Source: the human T2T-CHM13v2.0 reference genome, Homo sapiens. Taken from it: 64,000 nt of DNA. The DNA lies in NCBI RefSeq assembly GCF_009914755.1, contig NC_060935.1, one strand, 5' to 3'. Shown here in pieces: positions 58,000 through 64,000 of this stretch. The notes beneath the pieces are model-generated. The model searched no databases, had not been told where the DNA came from, and worked only from the letters and a program-made list of their open reading frames with translations. A program made the position numbers and the translations under genes. Within the stretch, counting starts at the first letter, position 1; the number at the start of each line of letters is the position of its first letter.

Positions 58000-59760
58000 T
58001 ATTTTTCTGAACTGATAAGAGAAAGCCATTTGAGGAAGGTGGGTGTTATTAAGGTGCCCTTGACTCAGAGGGTACATTTCCTGAGCTGGGGAAGGATCAC
58101 ACAAGTAGGTCGTGGCAGTTGTAGAAATGAACTTGGACAGAGGCCCCAAAGTGGGAGACAGTTCTGTATAAGTTGTGGAATAAGGCAGATAGTTCTTAGA
58201 AGGGATTAGTAGAAGGTTAATTAATAGTTGTGGTCATATGCAGGGTTACAGGGCTACGCCTAGAAGTTTTTGTGTTTGTTATAGGCAATGGGAGAATTCC
58301 CAGAAGTTTTTGGAGAGAAGAATGAGAGAATTAAAGTACGATTCAGGTGATATTACTTTGGTAGCCATGTGAGAAAGAGATGAGGTGGGGAAGAAATGTT
58401 CTGGCTGGTGGTGGGATGACCACATTCATTTAGGAAACATTAGCCTACATGGGTCTAGTCCCAGTGCCAGAGAGACAGCCATGCAGTGTGACCTGTACTA
58501 CTAGAAATGTGTATACTTTTATGGGAGACTGACGTTTTCTGGTGGGGCAAAGAAAGGTTTTCTGTGAAGGTGACTTTGATCTGAGTTTTGAAGCCTAAAT
58601 AGTATGCTGTTTTACGTGCTTTATATGTGATCCTTACTCTACCTATGTGAACTGTATCAAAGAAGTCTAACTTCCACAGGGAGAATTGGGTAGTATGTGC
58701 ACTTGTGTTCAACAAGAGCCTCTGATGACAGAAATGGGAAAGAGAGGTTAGAGAGATGTGAAAATTAAGAATTAGAAGAGTAATGGAGCCAAGAGAAATA
58801 GTTCTGGGTTGGCGAGGCTGTGATTCAGATCTTGTGTAAATAGTTCAGGAAAGCAATAAACTAAGTACCATAGTTATAATTCTAGAAAATATGACGGTTT
58901 AAAGAATAGAAGAAAATGTGTTGTAGTTTTTGGGAGGAAAGAGATCCAAAGGAATGTTCTCATAGCACTGAAGAGACTTTGTAGGCATCAGAGGAAAAGC
59001 TCTTCCTTTAAGGTGGAAGAAAAGAAAGAGGGTTGATAAAAACGTAGTAGAAATGTGAAATGGTAAAATGGTTGATTGGACAAGTGGAGAATAGTGTTAT
59101 GAAGGAGTGGTTATTTAATGTGCCCAGGAGTTTGTAGAAATGGTTTAGAACAGCCAAGGGGGTAAGTTATTCAAAAGAGAAGTAAGGGGACTATGGTCAG
59201 CAATGAAGAGAAATTGAAGTTAGCCATCATAAGTCTGTTAAGGATAGACTAGTTACTATGTTTTTGTGGATTTTTCTAGGAATACCCAATACTGAACTGT
59301 AAACAGTAAGCACAGTTGGGGGATCAGATTCAAGTTGATGGTTGGCTCAGAAGACAATGGTGCTGGATTAAGGAGACATGGATTTGTATAATATGAAAAT
59401 GGGTATTGGTTAAGTGTAGCAATAATCGAGGCAGGAGGTTATTGATAGCCTTAGAAAGCAGAGATGGCAAGCATAACTACTTAGTGATGTTGAAGGTTCA
59501 CTGGGAACAGAGGGGAGTTGGAAGACAGGGAAGTTGTGAAATGTGCTGAGCTTGGTTTTGGAGCTGGTCTGGATAGTGATGAGATTAGGATGTAGCTGAG
59601 CTGGGAGACAGGCCTTAGGAATCCAGAAAGCTGAGCTCAGAGATTTGGATGTTTTATGGACAGGATCTTGACATCATCCAATATGATGACAGAGTCAAGG
59701 ACAGCGACCAAGGAGAGGAAATGGCTCAAGAATGTGTTAGAGTATCTTATAAGCCATGGA
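58000..59760 (-). mobile_element. Degenerate L2 fragments
   Basis: Purine-rich L2-like motifs (ataggcaatgggagaa, ggtgactttgatctgagttttgaag); boundaries approximate. Confidence 0.45.
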
Positions 59761-60106
59761 GATGAAGGAAGATCCGACCACCCATTTCTTAGTGTTTCAA
59801 AGATCTTCATTTCATTTCTTCTTTTGGCCATGTTTCTGTTTTTGGGGCAGGGAAGAAATTCTGCTTTCGTGAAATCATACTGTGGGTTTTGATTGCTTTA
59901 CCTGTTGTTTCAGAAAGGGTCTGAAATAAAGAATGTGCAATGTAATGAAAAAAACTATAGATACAAGTCTAATGGAATGCATTTCCACAGATTATATACA
60001 AAATAAGCGCTGATCACACAAATCTAAACATTGCAGTGATAAGTTAACACTTCAGTCACATAAGTTAACACTTCAGTCATATGATGTTATTAAAACAATG
60101 ATAGTA

Positions 60107-60341
60107 TAGGTTTAATATCCCTTATCCAAAATGCTTGGGACCAAAAATGTTTTAGATTTCAGATTTTAAAAAATTTGGAATATTTGCATTATACTTACTG
60201 GCTAAGCATCCCAAATTTGAAAATTTCATATTGGAAGTGCTCCAGAGAGCATTTCCTTTGAACATTATGTCTGTACTCAAAAAGTTTTGGATTTTGGGAC
60301 ATTCCGGATTTTAGATTTTCAGATTTGGGATGCTCAACCTG
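60107..60341 (+). mobile_element. Tigger4a/MER46A-type MITE
   Basis: ta|taggtttaatatcccttatccaaaatgcttgggacc..gggatgctcaacctg|ta; TIRs and TA target site. Confidence 0.88.
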
Positions 60342-61584
60342 TATGTATAGATGGTGAGAGATTTTGTACAAAGATGTGTCAAAGAACTTGTATTTAAAAA
60401 ATTAGTGCTTTATTTGGGGAGAAGAATATTTTTAGTGTACCAGGAAATTGTAAAGGGACTATATAATTAATTATAAAACCACTAGTTCAGATTTTTTTAT
60501 TGATAAATCATGAGTATTATATATATATTTGTTAGGTTTGACCAAAGTCTTCAGTATGTTGAAACAGTGAGTAAACAAAAATATCGACTGGATGCAGTTG
60601 CTCATACCTGTAATCTCAGCATGAGGAAGATTTACCATATTTAGGAAGATGAATATGTCATCTTGGTAGTTTAATGACTATTTGCAGAAAAGAGCCCAAA
60701 GAAACATGGGTTTTAGAAATGGAACTTCCTCTTGTCTCCTTCTAACTTTAAATATTGAGGATTTTTTTTGTTTTGTTTTGTTGTTTTTGTTTGTTTGTTT
60801 TTTTACATTTCTGCTAAAGCCAACTAAAATGCATAGTTTTAATGCAACAAAAAAGCACCTGAGAAAATAATGGAAAGTATGTTTCAGAACCTTTTGAGGA
60901 GGGTATAGTTTATTCTGTCTCATACATCTCACACACCTTCCATAATGCAGGATTTTCCACAGTGTGGATTGACACCTGCCATCATGTGGCTAGGCAGAGA
61001 TCAGCATTTTAATGGCACAAATATAAGAAATAATCTAAAAGCTCTTTGTACTGACCTTAATAAAATGTTTATTACTTAAAAGGTGAGGATCTGGTATCGA
61101 TTATTGATATATGCTTTTTAAAAAGTGCGTCTTTATTGGAAATGCTAGAATTTTTCCACATAAAATGCAGCACTTAAATGATTTGGGTTAGAAGGTGTCA
61201 TTGATTAGGTGTCTTTGTGGTCAGACTCAGACTACCTCTAATACAGAGAGGGGCTTCTAAACCATGTAAACTTTGTGGTAACGTCTTCTCAGTTTCTGTA
61301 CCACCATAGAAACCAGTCTTTTTCTTTAGATCACAGCTAACTTGGCTTTAAATGCCACCATTTCGTCTTAGGCTGTTCAAAATTAATTTGAACCAATGTT
61401 AACATAACAAGAGAACTCCCTGGAAAAGGATGAAATGCTAAGTTTTGGCCTTCTAGAAGAGATCTAGGTAACCTCTTCTTTGTTGTTTGTATTGAAATAG
61501 TGAAGTTGACTCTCGCCTCCATGCCACTGGAGGTGATAGTGCCTCCCCTTAAATCCCTGGAACTTCATCCACCTCCATTTCTCC

Positions 61585-61901
61585 TTTCTTTCTTTTTTTT
61601 TTTTTTTTTTTGAGGCAGAGTCTCACTCTGTCTCCCAGGCTGGAGTGCAGTGGTGCGATCTTGACTCACTGCAGCCTCCACCTCCCAGGTTAAAGTGATT
61701 TTCGTGCCTCAGCCTCCTGAGTAGCTAGGACTACAGGCGCACGCCACTACACCTGGCTAATTTTTGTATTTTTGTTTTTTTAGTAGAGATGAGGTTTCAC
61801 CCTGTTGGCGAGGCTAGTCTCAAACTCTTGGCCTCAAGTGATCCACCCGCCTCGGTCTCCCAAAGTGCCGGGATTACAGGCGTGAGCCACTGAGCCTGGC
61901 C
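61585..61901 (-). mobile_element. Alu (AluSz/Sx-type)
   Basis: Full dimer. Confidence 0.94.
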
Positions 61902-62159
61902 TGGCCCTTCTTAATACACTCCCTCTTGCCTGTTCTCCAGCCCTATGGGTTTCTTTCTATTCCTCTTTGTGTGTCACTACAGGCTTCTTTTGAACTTACA
62001 GCTTTGTCCTTTCCTCTGCCTTGAACATCCTCATCCATATCCTGTCATGATTGGCTCCCTCTTGTCACACAGGCTTCATCCCACATATCTCCCCTGGCCT
62101 CCTGCCCTTTCCATATAGCCTTAGTTTAGTCCCCTTGAGTTCTAACATTATAACAGAAA

Positions 62160-62625
62160 TACCTGCGCTCATGAAGCTTGCATTCTAAGGGGAAGAAACA
62201 AACATTAAACAAATTATGTCTGGTGGTGATAAATGCTAAAAAGAAAAATAATGGAGCTGGTGGGGGATGTTGCTGTTTATGAAGATGCCTGTAATCTCAG
62301 CACTTTGGGAGGCCAAGGCAGGAGGATGGCTTTGAGGCCAGGAGTTAGAGACCAGCATGGGCAACATAGTGAGATCCAATCTCTACTAAAAAAAAAAAAA
62401 ATTGGATAGATTTAGATGCGTACTGTATATCTAAGTAGGCTTGTTTGGGGAGTAACTAGATATATGGGTCTAGCATTCAGGGGAGGAGCTGGGGCTGGAG
62501 ATATAAATTTAGGAGTTGTCAACATGTGTGAGGCATTTAAAGCTATAGGAATGGGTGAGATCACCCAGGCTAAGAGTATGAGACAGAAGAGAAAGGGTGG
62601 GAGGATAGAGCTCTGAGGTTCATCG
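62160..62625. mobile_element. L2 fragments (minus strand) with an Alu left-arm fragment (62287-62401, plus strand)
   Basis: gctggagatataaatttaggagttgtcaacat..tgagatcacccagg; Alu monomer with an A tail. Confidence 0.75.
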
Positions 62626-63176
62626 AGTCCACAGTTTGATCAGATGTGGTAGAATCAAGGTAGAGTCTAATGTCCTCCTAGGGAGACATTAGATCAATAG
62701 GAGAACTGAGAGGAAGCTTTTTGGATGGCTTGGTCAAAGCCCCGTTTCTTCACTTGCATGTAGTAGAGATGTGGGACCATAACAGACATAGGTGGTGGAC
62801 CCAGTGGCTGCAGCATTCCTTAGGACAGAAGGTCCAAATTATCTGGTCCACTTTATGCTCCTCCTTTACCCTCCAATCATTGTCTGACCCCTGGGCCCCT
62901 CACTTTCTAGTATAGTCCCTGACCTTGACAAATGATTTCTTATGTGTTTAGCAATGTAGATTTTTTTTCTTGGCTATATCTTTGTCACCAGTGGGGGAAG
63001 CTTCAACTTCAAAATATTTTATCTAGGGTTTATCTTAAAGAATTTATACCAGTGAACTTATTTCTTTTATTTTTCATTTTGATGAACATGAGAACTATCA
63101 TTGCCCACAACATTTCACATTTGCCTTTGACCTGTGTAAGTTACAAATTTTGCTTTAGGTTTTCCAGAACTGTATA

Positions 63177-63464
63177 TTTTTTTAGAGACAGAATCTCACT
63201 CTGTCACCTGGGCTCGTCACTGTAGCCTTGGATTCTTAGGCTCAAGTGATCCTCCTGCCTCAGCCTCCTGGGTAGCTAGGACTATAGGCACATGCCACCA
63301 TGGGCAGCTAATTCTCAAGTTTTTATCTTTTTATTTTTATTTTTCAGAGATTGTGGGTCTCACCATATTGCATAGGCTGGTATTGAACACCTGACCTCAA
63401 ATAATGATTTCACCTCGGCCTCTCAAAGTACTAGGATTGCAGGCATGAGCCACTGTGCCCAGCC
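63177..63464 (-). mobile_element. Alu (AluJ-type)
   Basis: Diverged dimer. Confidence 0.9.
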
Positions 63465-63722
63465 TGTCTTTTTATCCTTGAGTAATAAAAGTACTTCCCT
63501 GAAATGAACTAGCTGTCTGGGTATTATTTTGGGACAAAAAAAAATTATAGGAGGACTTAGAAGAAAAATTTATAACCTTCATTAAAATTTAAATAATATT
63601 TTCTTTATAAGACTATTAAGGCCTCTGTTTTTCTTTCACTTTTGTTTTAAAACATAAAGTTAATAAAGATTAATGGGAGTAAAATCAGAATAGTTTTAGA
63701 TGTATATTTTTTAATTTTTAAA

Positions 63723-63986
63723 TTTTTTTTTTTTTTTTAGTCAGAGTCTCGCACTGCCACCTGGGCTGGAGTGCAATGGCAGGATCTAGGCTCAATGCAA
63801 CCTCAGCCTCCCGAGTAGCTGGGATTACAGGCGCCTGTCACCATGCCCAGCTAATTTTTTGTATTTTTATTAGAGATGGGGTTTCACTATGTTGGCCAGG
63901 CTGGTCTCAAACTCCTGACCTCGTGATCCACCCGCCTTGGCCTCCAAAAGTGCTGGGATTACAGGCGTGAGCCACCGTACCTGGCC
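63723..63986 (-). mobile_element. Alu (AluS-type) with a ~30-bp internal deletion
   Basis: gcaacctcagcctcccgagtag junction lacks the gggttcaagcgattctcc segment. Confidence 0.92.
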
Positions 63987-64000
63987 TAGATATTTAAGAA

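Overview
Human/primate genomic DNA, mostly intronic and repeat-rich. Two short + strand coding exons (29520-29615 and 54272-54333) splice in frame to give ..[31 protein letters not shown]|[21 protein letters not shown].., which I recognise as the N-terminal BAR domain of ARHGAP42 (GRAF3), exons 2 and 3. The window therefore covers the 3' part of intron 1, all of intron 2 and the start of intron 3. The rest is transposon-derived: an old antisense L1 split by a complete non-autonomous HERV-IP10-type provirus (LTR10 LTRs, tRNA-Pro PBS, integrase and env remnants), about 25 Alus, solo LTRs (MER31, THE1, LTR18), a full-length Tigger1, small Tigger/MER5 elements, MIRs and L2s. I do not see a novel biological system. 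The best leads are regulatory: (1) a post-integration ~245-bp duplication in the proviral 5' LTR, which now has 6 AP-1 sites versus 2 in the 3' LTR; (2) a possible 270-nt L1-derived poison or terminal exon just upstream of exon 2; (3) an MCAT+CArG+AP-1 cluster; (4) an LTR18 solo LTR with intact bZIP motifs. Repeat subfamily names come from memory of consensus sequences, and MIR/L2 boundaries are approximate.
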